64,000 nucleotides of DNA from Camelus dromedarius (taxonomy: Eukaryota): assembly GCF_036321535.1 (NCBI RefSeq), contig NC_087436.1, forward strand, positions 88,786,001 through 88,850,000, in the 5' to 3' direction. This document shows positions 38,400 to 53,196 of this stretch, piece after piece. The notes beneath the pieces are model-generated. The model was given only the letters and a program-made list of their open reading frames with translations, was not told the DNA's origin and searched no databases. The position numbers and the translations under genes are program-made. The first letter of the stretch is position 1; each line of letters opens with the position of its first letter.

Positions 38400-39845
38400 C
38401 CATTTACTTGTTCTCTTCTGCAGCAAAGAGGTTGTCCTTTTGTTCTAAGCTACTTCCTCTCCTCTTGTTCTCTCTTAAATACACTCCATCAGAGTTTTGT
38501 CCCTGCTGCTCTATTGAAACTGCTCTTATCAGCGTCCCATTTCTCCGTGCCATCTTTCCTGACCCATAAGCAGCTTCTGGTGCAGCTGATCACTTCCTCT
38601 TCTTTGATACACTTTCCTTTCCTCACCTGCTGGGTTTCCTCCTACCACCCTGGCCACTCCTCAGTTGCTTTGCTGGCGTCCCCTCTTCCCTGCAGTGGTT
38701 GCATGTGGAGTTTCAGAGTTCAGCCCTCCCCCATCTTCTCTTCACCATCTCCCCAAGCCTCACTCTCCACTCTCTTCACTGATCATACCCCTCGGGACTG
38801 CATCCAGGCATGCCAGCTTTCAATGGAAGTTCGATGACTCATACGTTTATATTTGTAGTCCTGTCCTCTTTCCTGGACTTTGAACTTACGTCCTCGGTTG
38901 TCTACTCAGCATTTCCACTTGTGTGTCTACCGTCTGTGTCAGACTCAGCATGTCCCAGTCATAACTCCTGATTTTCCCCACTTAGCCCTGCTCTTCCCGT
39001 AGCCTTCCCTATCTCAGCCATGGCAGGTCTAGGCTTCTGGCTGGAAGTCATCACTGGCTCCTGTCTTTTCTCACAACTGTCATCTAATGGGCCACGAGGC
39101 CCTCCTGACTCTACTTTCGAAATACATCCAATCATGTCTCAGGACCTCCAAGACTCTGCTCTCCAGGCCTCCAGCAGCTCTCTCTGGATTGCTCCGACAG
39201 CCTCCTAACTGTTAACCCTGCTGTTTTCTTTGTCTCTCTGGAGTATTTTCAACGCAACAGGCAGAGATCCTTGAAAATATAAGTCAGATCAATCATGCTA
39301 CTCTTTACTCAAACCTTGTCATGACTTTGTTTTGGTCTAAGTTACAAAGCCCTATACAGTCGGGCCTCCCCTTCCTCTCTGCCTCACCACTTGCTTTCCC
39401 ATCCCTTTGCTTGCTCTATGCTAGCCTCACAGGGCTCCTTGGTGTTTCTGACACCCGTCAGCCATGTTCCTGCCTTGAGGTCTTTGTATTGACACTGACT
39501 CTGCACTGAAATCTTCCCCTGAGACTTGGTTAACTCCCTCAGCCTTTGAAGTTGTTGCTTGAATGTCAGCTTTCAACGAAGCCTGGCCGGGCACCCTAAT
39601 TAGTTTTGGGAATATGTCCTACCCCACCCCCACATCTCCTATCTCTCTTAGTCTGTTGTACCTTTTTTTTTTAATAGCACTTATTATCTTCTGACCTAAT
39701 ATATAATGATTTTCATATTTGTTTTGTTCATTGATATTATTTGTCTTCCTAGAATATAATTTCCCCAAAGCAGGGGATCTATTCTGCATTCAAACTCCTG
39801 GAAGAGTGCCAAATTGGTTAAAGAAATGAGTGAAAAAATTAGTGA
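38400..39845 (+). mobile_element. LINE-2, long 3' fragment
   Basis: L2 motifs ctattgaaactgctcttatc, gatgactcatacgtttatatttgtagtcc, ctcagcatgtccc, aaaatataagtcagatca; ends gaaatgagtgaa. Confidence 0.8.
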
Positions 39846-42800
39846 GTAACATAACCTTTGCTGATTCCATATGGCAGATGGAGGAAGTGGTTACACCTCC
39901 CATTCCTCAGAAAACAACCTGAAACGCCCCTTCAGATATTTCTGTTTTCCCAAGGGTCTTCTCTATACTGAGCAATACTCTCTGCAAGAAGTGTTCTTGT
40001 ATCAGCTGCTAAAAGATTACACGCGTTCTTTTTCACTTGGTCAAATAGCTTTGTCAAAGGGAAGAGCGACAGTAGTTCACAGTAACTTCATTTTGAGCAG
40101 CACATGGAAAGAAGGGCCGACAAGCTTTCAGTATAGGCACAGGGGCTGATGCTGTAGCCAGGGGGAGCTCCTCTTCACAGGTAGTTGAACTTGAGCTTTA
40201 GATTGTAAACGAGGGCTCAAAGGCATGCAGAGTGAGGACTCTATACAGTCAGAGACTGGTGAGTAACTTCTGAAAAAGCCTCTAAAAGTTAACAAGCAGA
40301 GTAATGAGAGCATTTGCCAGTGTAAGTGCTGCCCATAATACACAGGCAGAGAGAAGTAAGAGGGCTGGAAGCAGTGGCAGGAAACCTAAGGGCCAGTTCA
40401 GGCTAGGATGTGTTTTCAACACTCTGTTATCAGAGACAAAAAGACTGACAAGAGCTGATCATCCTCAGGGATATATGCTCTTCAGAGTCCAGGGAATTTT
40501 GAAGTCCGAGCGGCTCATAGTTGTCTTCATCATTTGGGCATGTAAGCGAGTGTCTTAGGCGCTAGACCTTTATATGCTGCTGTCTTTGTATTGATATTAG
40601 TTGCCACATGAATATCCATTAATTGTCACATGAATAAACGGAAGTAACTTTGGTGGAGAAGCATCTTTAATTAGTAGAACTATCTATCAGATAATGATCA
40701 GTAGAATACATGCTACATGAAGGTGGGGAATTAATTTTGTTTTCTTTACTGCTGTATCTGTAATTATGGCTAGAGGCATGCCTACCACATAGTAGATAGT
40801 AAATACTTATTCAGTGAATGAATGAATCTTTTCACTGATCAATATGCCATTGAATTAAAGTCCAATACACACCTCTTAGAATTATAGATGATGTTAGTGG
40901 AAATGGCGTCAAGATTGTCTAGCGTGACTTCACTTCAGGGAATCTCCCTTTGTCATCTTAAGGGCACAATCTAAAGGTTATTGGAAGATGATTATTATAA
41001 GACAGTGAAATTTATGGTTGAAAAATATCTCCAGAAACTTGCTAAGAACTCTCTCAGTGTGTTCTCCAAAAAACCAAGAGCTGACATAGAATGTCTCACC
41101 ATTGGTCCAATTCACCTGCGGGACAGACATTTATCTCTGGTTTAGAGAGAAAAATAAGGATGAATTTGAACTTTTACCTGAATCTGGTATGCTTGAATTG
41201 AGCGCATATCCACGCTGCCTGTGCCCCAGAAATGGGGAGGGGAGATGGTGTGGAGGACTGAGCTTGGAGCTCCGTGGGTGTCACTGTTTCCTAGCTATGT
41301 GGCTTGGAGCAATTGTTGTCTTAATCACATGACACTCTAGTTCCTCTACTTGTAAACTACCACTTACTTGAAGACATTGTAGTCATATTCCTACCTGTGT
41401 CCTTTATGGGGCTCTTCTAAATGAGACCTATCTGAAATGCTTTGCTAGTTGAACAATTTCACACAGATTAAAGTGGGAATTCTGAATACAACTCAGGAAG
41501 AACTCCAACAGAAAGAACACGCACAGCTACTCTAATTTTATAAGAATAATATTGATTAATGAACCTATGAACTTCCAAAGAACTTCCAAAGAAAGAATAA
41601 GAATAAAGAAACTATTTTTAATGTCCTAAAACCCTGGGCAGCCACATCTCCAACTGTGAGGAACCACACAAAAGAAGTCAGTTTCTGCTGAATCAGCCAA
41701 GACATGGGGTATTGACAATCAAAACAATGCAAGCAATGCCATATTTTAAATTTGATCCAGACTTGATAGAACTATGCACAAGAATGGCTTTATTGAAGTA
41801 AGATATATAGGGCCTTAAAGATGAAACCTAGATGGATGGAGCTCTTTAATGTTGAGCTTTCAGCTACATTTCCCAAGGAGTCGTCAGAGCCAGAGTGTAG
41901 GGAATGCAATAATTCTTCGGAGGCATTGCAGATGCTAAAATGCAGACAGATGGAATTTCTGCACTCTCTAGTATGATACAGAAACAATCTCACAATAGGA
42001 TAAACACTTACTCCTTGAAAATTTTCTCTTAACCCTAGAGAGAGGATATTGTATAGACTGGCCAGTAAAATCTTTAATGTTTTAGTTTTTCGTTTTCTAA
42101 CTGGTTTCCTGTATATACCCGTTAGGAGGCAATCTGTAGCTGTAGGAGTGCAGTCCTGGGCTGACTCCTCTAAGACTATACAAAACATAAACGTGTTTCA
42201 TATTTTGGCAGTTGAAATCCATAGATGCCATTTGTATTGATATGGAAATCATGGGATATGATGGAAAACCAGACTTTCGTTGTTGACACTGTGAAGATTA
42301 CACATGAAGTAGCATCACAAGGAACGTACCAAATGGACTAGTACTTACTGTTCAGCAAATCAAAACTCCAATTTCCTTGATAGCCTTGGAAAATAATCCA
42401 TTAACTGCATTTTTTCTTTGCAGTGGCAAATACTGCGGCAATATACTGTGCTCCACTGAGATGGAGAGAAGTTTTGAAGGGTTGTATTTATTTACCATTA
42501 TTCTGAATTGGGAACTCATGAAAAAAGTTAGTTTTCTTTTTTTCCTGATTAAAAAGACATCATTATAAGAACATGTGTAAAATACAGAGGAAAATACAAT
42601 GAAGAAAATAAAAATTACTTTCAATCCTAATACCATATGATTACCAGAGATAATCATAGTTACCTTACATATACTTCCTAGGCCAAATTGTATTATACTT
42701 TTTTGGAAGCAGATGGTGTTTTTACACTTAAATTATCTTGAACTTTGTCCCAGGATGTTATTTTTAACAATACAGTTTTCAATGGCTGTAACAATATTCC

Positions 42801-43837
42801 TTATTATGGAGTTACTTAAAATTTATTTAACCAGTCTTCTATTATTACATAGTTGCTATTGCATGGTTTCCTTGTTACAAACTATGATGGTATGAATATC
42901 CTTAAATATAAAACCTTGCCCTTTTCATAATGATTTCTTTTCATGAAGTCCAAGAAATGAAATTGCTGGGTCAAAGGTTATGCAAAGTTAAAAGGCATTT
43001 GATGCCTGTTACCAAATGTTGAAGTGTGTTTTAGCACCCGTTTTGTTGAATTGATTTGTCCTTTCATTAATGGTTCCCTTAGTAAAATCTCTCTAGCTTC
43101 TTCTCTTACATTTTTTGTCTACTGTAATTTTGAAACAATTGAATATCTGTTGAATCTTGAGAAGAAAAAGAGCATGTAGTACTTAAAACAAAGAATACCC
43201 AGATGCAACCATGTTAAGGAAGAGAATGAAAATATTATTAGCTACTGTTATTTCACATTCCTTAGGCCAAAGTAGACTCTGACATTTTTAACTGACATTT
43301 TTATTAAGGCAAGTAAATAAATATACTTCAAATACAAGGCATGGGGATCTCTAGGCCTGTGTTCAAGCACATGTCAATGGACTATTCTTAATTATAACTT
43401 TTCATGTGCAAGAATGAATAGCATTATAGAAGGAGAAGGTTTTTGGATTTTTTAATGTGTGTTCAATAAATAACCTTTCACTTTCAAATAATTTTCGGTT
43501 ATTAAGAAAAATTTTCCCATTTGGTATTTTTCCACCCATGTTATACAATTGATGGGGCTGCTCTCTCTTGTGCTGCGAAAGCCCATTGGTGAATTTTCTT
43601 TTGCTTTTCTCAGCCAAACACTGTTTGTATTCCTCCCAGATGATTTTACGATGAATGCTCTAGAAGGTCCAAGGAAAAAACGGGTGTCAGTGAAACTGAG
43701 GGGATTCGGAAGCACATCTGTTGAATAGCAAGGGAATATTGTCTATCTGTTCTTTCTTTTCTCTTAATTTGAAAAGGAGAAAATAAAAACCTCTTATTTT
43801 GACATTTTTTTTTCTGTTTTGTTTTTTTTTTTTATAG

Positions 43838-43951
43838 TGCTGTGCAGAGGGGGTGAGAGCTTTCTGTGTGCCAGTGGCATCTGTGTCCCCAGGAAACTGC
43901 AGTGTAACGGCTACAATGACTGTGACGACTGGAGTGACGAGGCTCATTGCA
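43838..43951 (+). CDS. CORIN: CORIN coding exon (approx. exon 6), LDLR class A repeat 1
   Basis: Long poly-T tract then atag|TG; donor TGCA|gtacgt; 114 nt, phase 1-1. Translates LCRGGESFLCASGICVPRKLQCNGYNDCDDWSDEAHC with 6 Cys and a DxSDE motif; in frame with the previous exon. Confidence 0.97.
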
Positions 43952-44569
43952 GTACGTGCCGGGCGGTGTGGGCTTGTCTGGGTGTGCAGGGGTTCTGTTC
44001 AGGCCCCTAGAAACCAGCGCCACTCCATTGTCCAATCCTGACAGCCACCAGCACTCACTTGCATAGACTGCTTTTCATTTGCTTTTCTAAAGTGAGCAAA
44101 TGTGTTTATCTTCCCTCTCCCTCCCCCGCCCCTGGTGACAGCTGCATGTTTGCACACCTTTCTCAGGCCTGATTTCACAAGGAACTCAGCAGCTCCAGGC
44201 TGCGTTGGAACAAATCAGGGACTGAATTGTTTCTGCATAAAGCATCTTAAAATTAGGAAAAGGCTTTTCGTTTATTTTGTTTGGGGAAGGATTTTTGTTT
44301 TTGTTTTTTAAAGCTTTGTGAGTATAAAGGTCAACTTTCTTTAAAAAGGATACTTTGAATAGGAAGTTTTTTTATCCTCATGATTCTTAACAATCATGAC
44401 ATGGAAACTGCAAAGCCTCTCTTTCTTTATACTCCTCTAAACCTGGGGATCGTGATGGCATTGACTGTTTTGAGTCCATGGATGGGTAGATTCAGCTCAG
44501 CCTTAAACATCCTCAGTTTACCCACCACTGATTTGATTAGTCATTTTGACTAAAGAATGGTTTGTCCAA

Positions 44570-45006
44570 TTTTGAATTTGTCTGCTTGAGCCACCATATA
44601 AAAGACCACAGACTGGGTAGCTTAAACAGAAGAAATGTATTTTTTCACAGTTCTGGAGGCTGGAAAGTCCAAGATCAAGGTCTAACAGGGTTCAGTTTCT
44701 GGTGAGAGTTCTGTTCCATGCTTGTAGGCAGCTGCTGTCTGCCTGTGTGCTCACATGACCTCTTTGGAAGGAGAGCAAGAGAAAGGGAGACATGAGGAGA
44801 AGGGGAAAGGAGGGGAGGGGAGGCGAGTGCCCTCTGGTGTCTCATCCTCTTCTTTTAAGGGCACCCACACCATTCAATTAGGGCCCCACCCTTAGGACCT
44901 CATCTAACCTTTATTACCTCCTCACAGGCCCCAAATACAGTCATGTTAGGGGCTTAGAGCTTTAACTTATACATTTTGGGAGGATACAAACATTGAATCC
45001 TTATCG
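44570..45006 (-). mobile_element. MaLR LTR (MLT1A-like)
   Basis: accacagactgggtagcttaaacag...cacagttctggaggctggaaagtccaagatcaagg...gggccccaccctt...ttttgggaggatacaaacattgaatcc. Confidence 0.85.
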
Positions 45007-46214
45007 AATATATATTCAGATCTCAAGATACAACAGATAGAAAAGAAAAATTATCCTCAAGATTACATTGCAGGATCTGCATCCAAAACAGGACCATATG
45101 CAATTGTGTTCGAATTGCTTTTTAATGGTTATATGACCAGCAGTAGTCACTATGGGAGAAGCTGTGTTTTACTCCCTGTTGGAGTTGCCAAGGCTTTATA
45201 AGAGCTCAGCTCAGTTCAAAGATTCCTCTGCTGTGTTTGCCAGGTGGACCACCTCTTCTTCCATATGAAGAGTTAGGATGCTTATTTGCCATAACTTTTG
45301 AAAGACAGTGTATTATGGTAATATTTAGGGTCATTGTTTCCCAAACTGGTGTTCCATAGTACCTGAGTCTTGAAAAATGCTTGGGAAAAAACCTAAGTTT
45401 GAGAAATGATGTCAGAGCTGCTTCTTAGAGAGTTACAATACATACTCATGCATTAAAGGTTCTGATAAATCCTGCAGTTTAAAAAAAGCTATTCCATCTT
45501 AATTTGGCATTTCCTCAAAGTTACTTGTTTATATATACCCTCACCTTGATTTATTTTTTCATGCATTTATTTATGTTGCATAATATCCAGCATCCAGTGG
45601 AATTTCAATTATGTCACCCATACTTTCTGGAAATGTTTTCACTAAGATATTTGTTTTTATGGTTTGGAATTCTCTCTTCAGAAAAACCTGTGGCACATGA
45701 TTTTATGTGACAATCAGTCTTATAGGAGGTATATTTATGTTAGGGAGTATTGCCATGGAGTTGGGAGAAAATATCATGCAAAGCATCCATAGTAGGGAAT
45801 TTAAAGTGGTCCAATAGCATTTACATCCAGTTTATGGGAATTACAGGAGATCTCTTGTTTATTTCCCAATTATGGTCCATATATTCAGATGCTGCATGTG
45901 CCTCTACCCTCAGTGCTGGGCCAACACTGGCTGCATCATTATGTTCCTCTGTTGCACTGAGCGTTGCACTTTAAATAGTAAGAGATTTCTGCTGCATTTG
46001 TTGAAATTGAATATAAAGAAGTAAACTTTCCTAGTCAGTGACTGAACAAAGAAGTATTATTATTCTGTAAGGTACTTAGCAGTGTCCTAGGAGCAGAAGA
46101 GTTTCCTAAGGAAGGTATGGGCCTTCCACATAAACACACTTCAAAAGCCATTTGGTTTGATTCATTGAAGAACTACATCCCTTCAGAATATTTGTTTATG
46201 GAAATACTTAGTTA

Positions 46215-46714
46215 TGTTACTGAGTCCAAACTTGTTCTGCTCGCTGCATGACAGGCCAATAAATCGGGAGATGTTGGGACAAGGAATAACAGCTTTATTC
46301 AGAAAGCCAGCAGACCGAGAAGAAGGCAGACTAATGTCCTAGAGAACCATCTTCCCCAAGTCAGAATTCAGGCTCCTTTTATACTGGAAAGGGGAGTTGG
46401 GGTGTAGTTAGCTGCAAACTTCTTGGTGTCGGAATCCTTTGTACTTGCAGCTGTCATCATAAGTCAGGTCATGATGTTCCTGTAAACCTCCAATAAGACA
46501 AATGTTATTCTCTGTTCTGCAACTTTTTATCTCTATATGAATGGAAAAGTGTTATACCCTTAAAGGTCAGTGCCTTGAGAATAGGCTGTCCTGTATATTT
46601 CAGGCTATAGGCAACATTCTTTTACAAAAGGTACAGAACCAGCATGACTAAGCACAAGGTTAGCGCTAAAAGAATAGATCTAATATGGAGTCAGATTTGT
46701 TCTTCCCTATTATA
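46215..46714 (-). mobile_element. ERV1-class solo LTR
   Basis: Starts TG and ends TA (decayed CA); 4-bp TSD GTTA at 46211-46214 and 46715-46718; antisense AATAAA (tttatt) near 46294. Confidence 0.82.
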
Positions 46715-47689
46715 GTTAAACATTGAAAACTTTGCATGCAATTGCTCCTGACCTCACAAGGACATTAGCCTCTGAACTTTAACATTCAGTACTTTCAGCA
46801 TGCCTGTTTATAGAAGGTGCCACCCTTCCGTTGTCACCACCCTGCAGTGAAGGAATAGTGGTAAGTCTGAATTAGGGTGTGGATGCAAATCAGAGCGGGA
46901 ACACAGCCCACAGCTACTACTGAGGAAAGAAGGGAGCTTTGTTGGGCATTCCCAGTGGGAGCACAAGGATATGCCAGGTTCCGAGGGTTCTGTGGGTACA
47001 AGAGCAGGACTGCCTTCCAACGAAGGAAGGGCAGGGATTTGCTATTTGTGACTTCCCTAATCAGCTGTGCGGGAAGCATCTACCTACAAGATTTAATTTT
47101 TAGCAAAGAAAGTATCCCTTTTGGTGCAGATGCAGAGCCGAGGCCCAGGGTGAGAAATGAATTTGCCAGTGGTTCACAGTGCTAGATTTGAGCCCAGTCT
47201 TGAATGGGTCCTAATCTGTTTTCCCTAAACTGTGCTGCCTTTGACTCGCCCATGTCCATAGATGTTCAAATTCAGTGAACGATTATATTCCGATCATTTG
47301 TATGTCAGGAAAATGTTTATTCTGGATGTTCTATTATGCTGAGGAAGATACTTGTCTATTACAGCAGTTCTCCAGGTATCTGGAAGTGCTTACTGACTTC
47401 ACCCCCAACTCATCTTATCATGTTTATCAATCTCTTCCTAAGTAGTAGTAACATGGACAGATTTCCAAGCACCTGGAACAGCTCTAGTCAAACTGGAATA
47501 GTTGTTACAGGGAAAATACTTGCCACAAAATCCACACACTTTATGCCACGTAAACCACTGTCAAATACTTTTAGAAGTCATTTGCTCTGAATTTGGGGTA
47601 AAATTAGTTCATTTATTTTTGACGCCTGTGGTTAACTAATTATACTGAGTTAACAAATTACAGTAGTTAACCAATTATACTAATTATCA

Positions 47690-47960
47690 CACAGTATAGT
47701 GATTAATAATATGAGGTCTTGAGTCAGGCTGCCTGGGTTCCTCTTTCTTCTTTATAATTTTCTGCCTTTGTGAACTTGGAAAGTTACTTAATCTCTCTAA
47801 GCCTCAGTGTCCTCATCAGTGAAATGAAAATAATAAGTAATATTAGCTGTCTCTAGAATTGTGCAGAATAATGGATCACAGGATGTCAAGAACAGAGACC
47901 AGTGTCCGGCATGCAATAACCCTCAAAGAGCATTAGGATATATGGTTGTGATTGTGGTAA
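47690..47960 (+). mobile_element. MIR SINE
   Basis: gagtcaggctgcctgggttc...gtgaacttggaaagttacttaatctctctaagcctcagtgtcctcatcagtgaaatgaaaataata. Confidence 0.8.
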
Positions 47961-48675
47961 TCTTACTCTCTGTGTGCCCCGCTCCTCCAAAACTCACCCC
48001 ACCCCTACCTCAGCAAAGGTCAGATGATACATTGTGGAGGAGACAGAAACACTACAATGTGCACAACGGTTTTTAAAAGCACCACCACACGAAGCTATTT
48101 CAGAAAGGAGGCAACCCAAATGGCGCAGAATAAGAATTGATATTCCAACTAATGTTCCAGAGTCATTAAAGATGACTGTACCTATTATATTCTCTTTATT
48201 AAGACAGGGGTGCAAGTAGCTACTTAGAAAGATTTCCACCAAATTAATATAAATAAAAATATTTCATTCTTCACTGATGGAAGAAGCATCACACATCTGG
48301 AAAATTTACTTCTGTTTGGTGGCCGTCTGATTACACAGAATCAATCCAATTATTGAATAGTCTTGAATTCCTGCAATATGTGATGCGTGTTCTAGACCCC
48401 TAGTAAATAGAGAAACTTTACTGAGATGTGGTTTCTTGCTTCATGAGACTTTTAGTCTCATCAGGGAAATGACATATAAACATAGAGGTCATTAAATCTA
48501 GTGTTGTAGGACAGTATAATCTATATCACAAAGCAAAAGAAGATTGTGCAAATAAAAAGATCCTGTGAGTCAAGAGGGTATGATCTGTGGTTGCTGGACT
48601 GGTGTGGAAAGACCTGAGGGAACGGACCAGATTAAAACTGGCTTTGGAATGAGGTGATGTTTGGATGTTCCAGAA

Positions 48676-48886
48676 CAGTGGCTCTCAACTGGGGGCAGTT
48701 TTGCCCCTGAGGAGACATTCTGCAATGTATGGAGACCTATCTGATTGTCACAACTGTGGAGGTTGGATGGGATGCTACTGGCATTTAGTGGGCAGTGGTC
48801 AGGGATGTTGCTAAACATTGTACAATGTGCAAGGCAGCTCCCCACAACAAAGAGTCACCCAGTGGTACCACAGTTGAGAAATCCTC
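48676..48886 (+). mobile_element. MER20-like hAT-Charlie DNA transposon (second copy)
   Basis: cagtggctctcaactgggggcagttttgcccc...gctactggcatttagtggg...gggatgttgctaaacat...gttgagaaatcct; similar to 6262-6484. Confidence 0.85.
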
Positions 48887-50946
48887 CCTTGGAGCTATAA
48901 GTCAAGCGTTGAAAGAACTCAGTGGGTCAAGAAGCCCATGTAACTGTAGCAAGCTGGGAAACTGTGGGCACACTGGTTAACCTCTTAGGTCATCTCAAAA
49001 TGAGGGCGTTTCTGGGTGGAATTGAACATCCATACTTGGATCTTGAGTGGAGTCAATATAATTATGTTTATAGACTCAGAGGGACTGAACAAATTGAATG
49101 AAGCTCTTGATAAAAGGCTTTCTGTTCCTTAGTTCTCTCCTCTAATTTAATGATCATTTTGAGGGATTAAAGTTAATAGTGTGAGATGTCAAACTGACAT
49201 GAATATTAACATGCAAGAACTTCAGAAGTAACATTTTGTATCAAGCTCTCATTCAGAAAAAAAAAAAAAGGTCTGCATTGAGAAAAACACTTGCCTTAGG
49301 TTATGCAAAATTATGCTTGTATTGAGCAAGAAAATCACAGCAAGCAGCTTTTGAAGATTTTGAGCTGTTGGCCCCAAATTGCGCTGACAACAAAATAAAC
49401 ATTTATTCCAATAAAAGGAGGCACTGTGATCTTTGTTATTTGCTATGTATTTCTGAGTATGCAGAGCCTCTGGTTAAGGTTTTGTGTGTTTACTAATTAC
49501 ACAGACCTTAGGGAGGTAATAAGTTATTTTCCAAATGCAGCTAATTTTGTATCTAACCTCTGAAAATGGCTTCTAACCAAGTAAGTCATAACAGTGGAAA
49601 GTTGAATCTGCACCTGTGTGAATAATGAGGCTTTTTAAAAAAATGCTTGTCATCTCCATTTATGAAATAATTTAATAACATCTCCAATGAGGTGTTTTAG
49701 GATGGCTTACTGGGGATCCTAGAACAGGCCTCACAGAGGAGACACTTTGGAAATTTTTAGTGTGTTCTCAGGTTAATCACATTCTAAAAGGAGTATTGGA
49801 TTCCCAGTCCTGCCATCAGAAAAAAGTGAACTGTATTGCTTAAAAAAAATGGATTCATATTTGCAATCCGTCGCTCCCCCACCCTGCCTCCTCCTTCGGG
49901 TAGCGCAAGTACTTCTGCACTGATGGTCAAGGTGAGGACCCTGGTTATTGCTGACTCTAGCATGCTGATTCGAAACTTCTCACAAGAGTAGTGGAGATTA
50001 ATATTTAAAAAAATTAAAAAGATCTCTTAAAACTTCTCAAGGAAATGTATATATCTTGATATACAGATTCTCCAGCCCTGTTCATTGGTCAGGAGAACCA
50101 AAGTCATTACCTTTTTTTGATTCAAGTTGGCTCAGTTAGCAGTGGGGTGCAGGGTGGGGAGTTAGCACCCTCTGCTGAATGGGAGGAAATAGTACTGTCA
50201 AGGTGAAAATTGGGACCTCTATTTAGTCTTTATATTTTCCCTTATGAGAGCTGTCCTCATTTGAAAATTATTCAACCAGGGGGAAGTAAAAAATAAGAAG
50301 TACTTACGAGGTTCTGGATGCGCACGAGTGTGAGCATTTGTGTGCACACATGCGTGCATGTTTGTGCATGCACATGTACACACCCTCTTAATGATGGCGC
50401 TGAACAGATGATCTCCAAGGCTTGTTCCATTTCTAAAATGATGTGAATCTAAAAGTATTTAAGTAGCTTTTTAGATGAATGCTTTTTGAAATAGAAGTTT
50501 ATGATCCATGTAAATAACAACTATTGTATTTTGATGTGGTAACATTTTAACTGAGCAATGCTCAGACTTTTGATATTGAGTTGTTACAGAGTTTAGGATG
50601 TTTATAGTAGAGAGGTACCCATCACCGGTTGTATGAGGTGCAGCCTTCTGCTTGAAGAGAAACAATCTGTTGGAATTCAGGAGACTGGACTATTGACCAC
50701 TGGATTCTTGGTCTTCATCAGCCAAGTAGACTGATCCTCAGATGTGTCCCCGTTTCTCACCTCTTTCCTTTGTCCTTGCTGTTCCCTCTACTCAAAACAT
50801 ACTGAAGTTTTCATTGCATCCACTCTGCTAAAATTCTGCCCATCTTCCATGAGCCCTCTCCAGCCTTAAGAGTCTATTTTTGAACTTAATTCACTTTAAA
50901 TAAGGGAAAAGAAGTATATTTAAGCAATCTGGTTTCTATTAAAGGT

Positions 50947-50949
<3 letters not shown>

Positions 50950-50979
<30 letters not shown>
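50950..50979. repeat. (GT)n microsatellite at an L1 tail
   Basis: Directly visible. Confidence 0.95.
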
Positions 50980-50982
<3 letters not shown>

Positions 50983-52260
50983 AAACATTTTATAGCATTA
51001 CTGGGGTATAATTTACATACTATAAAATAAATCCATTGATTTTTAGTAAATATATAAAATGCAACCTTCACCACAATCCACTTCTAGAACTTTTTCATCT
51101 CCTCCCCAGATTTCCCTCCTACCTATTTGAAGTCAGTCCTCACTCCCCCATTGCCAGCCCCAGATAACCACTGCTCTGACATCTGTCTCTGTAAGTTTGC
51201 TTTTTCCAGGAGCTTCATAAATGGGTCACACAATATGTAGTCTTTGTATCTGGTTTCTTTCACTTAGCATAATGTTTCTGAGGTTTATCTCTGCTGTCAC
51301 ATGTGTCAGTAGTTTAATACTTTAAGTTGCTGAATACCATCCCACTGTATGAATAGACTCCGTTTTGCTTATCCATTTCCCAGTTGTTGGGCATTTGGAT
51401 TGTTTCTAGTCTTTGGCTATTATGAATAATGCTGCTGTAAACATTCAAACACAAGTCTTTGTGTGGATTTATATTTCACTTCTCTTGGTAGATTTCTAAG
51501 AGTAGAATTCATGAATCATATGATGAGGTTATAGTTAAGTTTATAAGAAGCTGCCAGACTGCTTTCCAAAGGGGCATTATAATTTTACATCCGCACCAAC
51601 TATATGAGGGTTTCAGTTTCTCACATCCTTGCCAATACTTGGTATTATCTGTCTTTTCTATTGTAACTATGTTAGGGGATATGTAATAGTATCTCATTGC
51701 GGTTTTATTTGTATGTCCTTAGTGACTAATTATATTGAGCACCTTTTCATGTGCTTATCAGCCATTTATATGTCTTTCATGAAGACTTTGTAGTCAAGTC
51801 TTTTGCCTGTTTGGAATTGGGTTGCTTTCCTTCTTATTGAGTGTCAGAATTCTATATATATTTTGGATATAAGTCCTTCATCAGATACATGATTAGAAAA
51901 TATTTTTTCCAGCATGTGGCTTGTCTTCATTTTCTTCGTAGTATCTTTGGAAGCACAAATACTTTTAACTTCAATAAATACCATTTATTATTTTTTTCTT
52001 TTATGGCTTGTGCTTTTGTTGTAATATCCAAGAATTCTTTGCTTCCCAAAGTCACAAGGATTTTTTTTTTACTGTGTTTTTTTCTAGAAGCTTCATAATT
52101 TTAGCTCTTACGTTGAAATCTATAATCCATTTTGAGATAATTTTTGCGTATGGTTTAAAGTAAAGGTTGGAGTTCCATTTTGCATATTTGAAATCCAATT
52201 GTCCCAACACCATTTGCTGAAGGGTTTTTTTTTTTTTTCCTATTGAATTGTCTTGGCAAT
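50980..52260 (-). mobile_element. LINE-1 (L1MB/MC-type) 3' fragment
   Basis: Antisense L1 3'UTR and ORF2 (ORF 51509-51697 MRYY..TIEKTDNTKYWQGCEKL). Confidence 0.85.
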
Positions 52261-53088
52261 GTGCACACATTATTTTATTATTTATGTCTTCCCCCAAGCC
52301 CTGTTAAGTAATTGATTTTATCCTAAGGTCATAAATCAGTTTACAGACTCACACATTTTAACTAATTCCTGCAGCTAGTAGATGGCAAAACCAGAACAGG
52401 AGTTCTGGTCTACCGGAGTACACGACCTATTTTCTTATTAAAATTTCTTTGCTTGGTGTTTATTCCAACATTGAACAATAAGCTTCCTGAGATTACATGT
52501 CACTTACTCCTATCTTGCCACCATGATCTAGGACAGTACTGCTAATTTGGGGGTCATATTATGAAGCACTCAGTTGACTTAAGTGATAAAGTTGTGTGAG
52601 AGTAAGTAATGACTCTGTATTCTAAATGACTTTTTCTCTCCATTATGTTTATGCTTACCATTGACATAAGTAGACTCCCACTTTAAAGGAAACCTTTTTA
52701 GGAAATAACTACTCACCCCCTATTAAGTGTTTATTCTCTAGGAACAGAAACCTGATTAGGAGCTATGGTGAATTGAGACTGTCTTTTCACATGCTCGCCT
52801 CTAAAGGAGCCTTCAGGTGACATACAACGGAACTCAGATAAAGACTTTCAGAAAGTGGTAACAGCACTGGCTTGAGAGCCAGAGGGTCCTAGTCCTGGTT
52901 CTGCAATAGCTTATTATGTGACCTTGAGCAAGTCATTACATCTAGCACCACATTCTCCTTACCTGTAAAACAACAGATGTGTTGCCATTGTGATCCTCCC
53001 TCCCCCCCATGATATGCTTTTGGTATTTTAACTGCTATGACATCCTGTTCCACTTGGATGAGACATCAGTGGCTTCTCTTATTTTCAG

Positions 53089-53196
53089 ATTGCAGTGAGA
53101 ATCTGTTTCACTGTCACACGGGAAAGTGCCTTAATTACAGCTTTGTGTGTGATGGCTACGATGACTGTGGAGACCTGAGTGATGAGCAAAACTGTG
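53089..53196 (+). CDS. CORIN: CORIN coding exon (approx. exon 7), LDLR class A repeat 2
   Basis: ttctcttattttcag|AT ... TGTG|gtaagt; 108 nt, phase 1-1. Translates (N)[35 protein letters not shown]. Absent from the supplied ORF track. Confidence 0.97.

Larger units (their letters stand above)
2655..43837 (+). other. CORIN: Large CORIN intron (41,183 nt) between the Fz1 exon and the LDLRA1 exon
   Basis: GT..AG boundaries; flanking exons join in frame (C|TG = Leu) with no corin sequence missing. Confidence 0.92.
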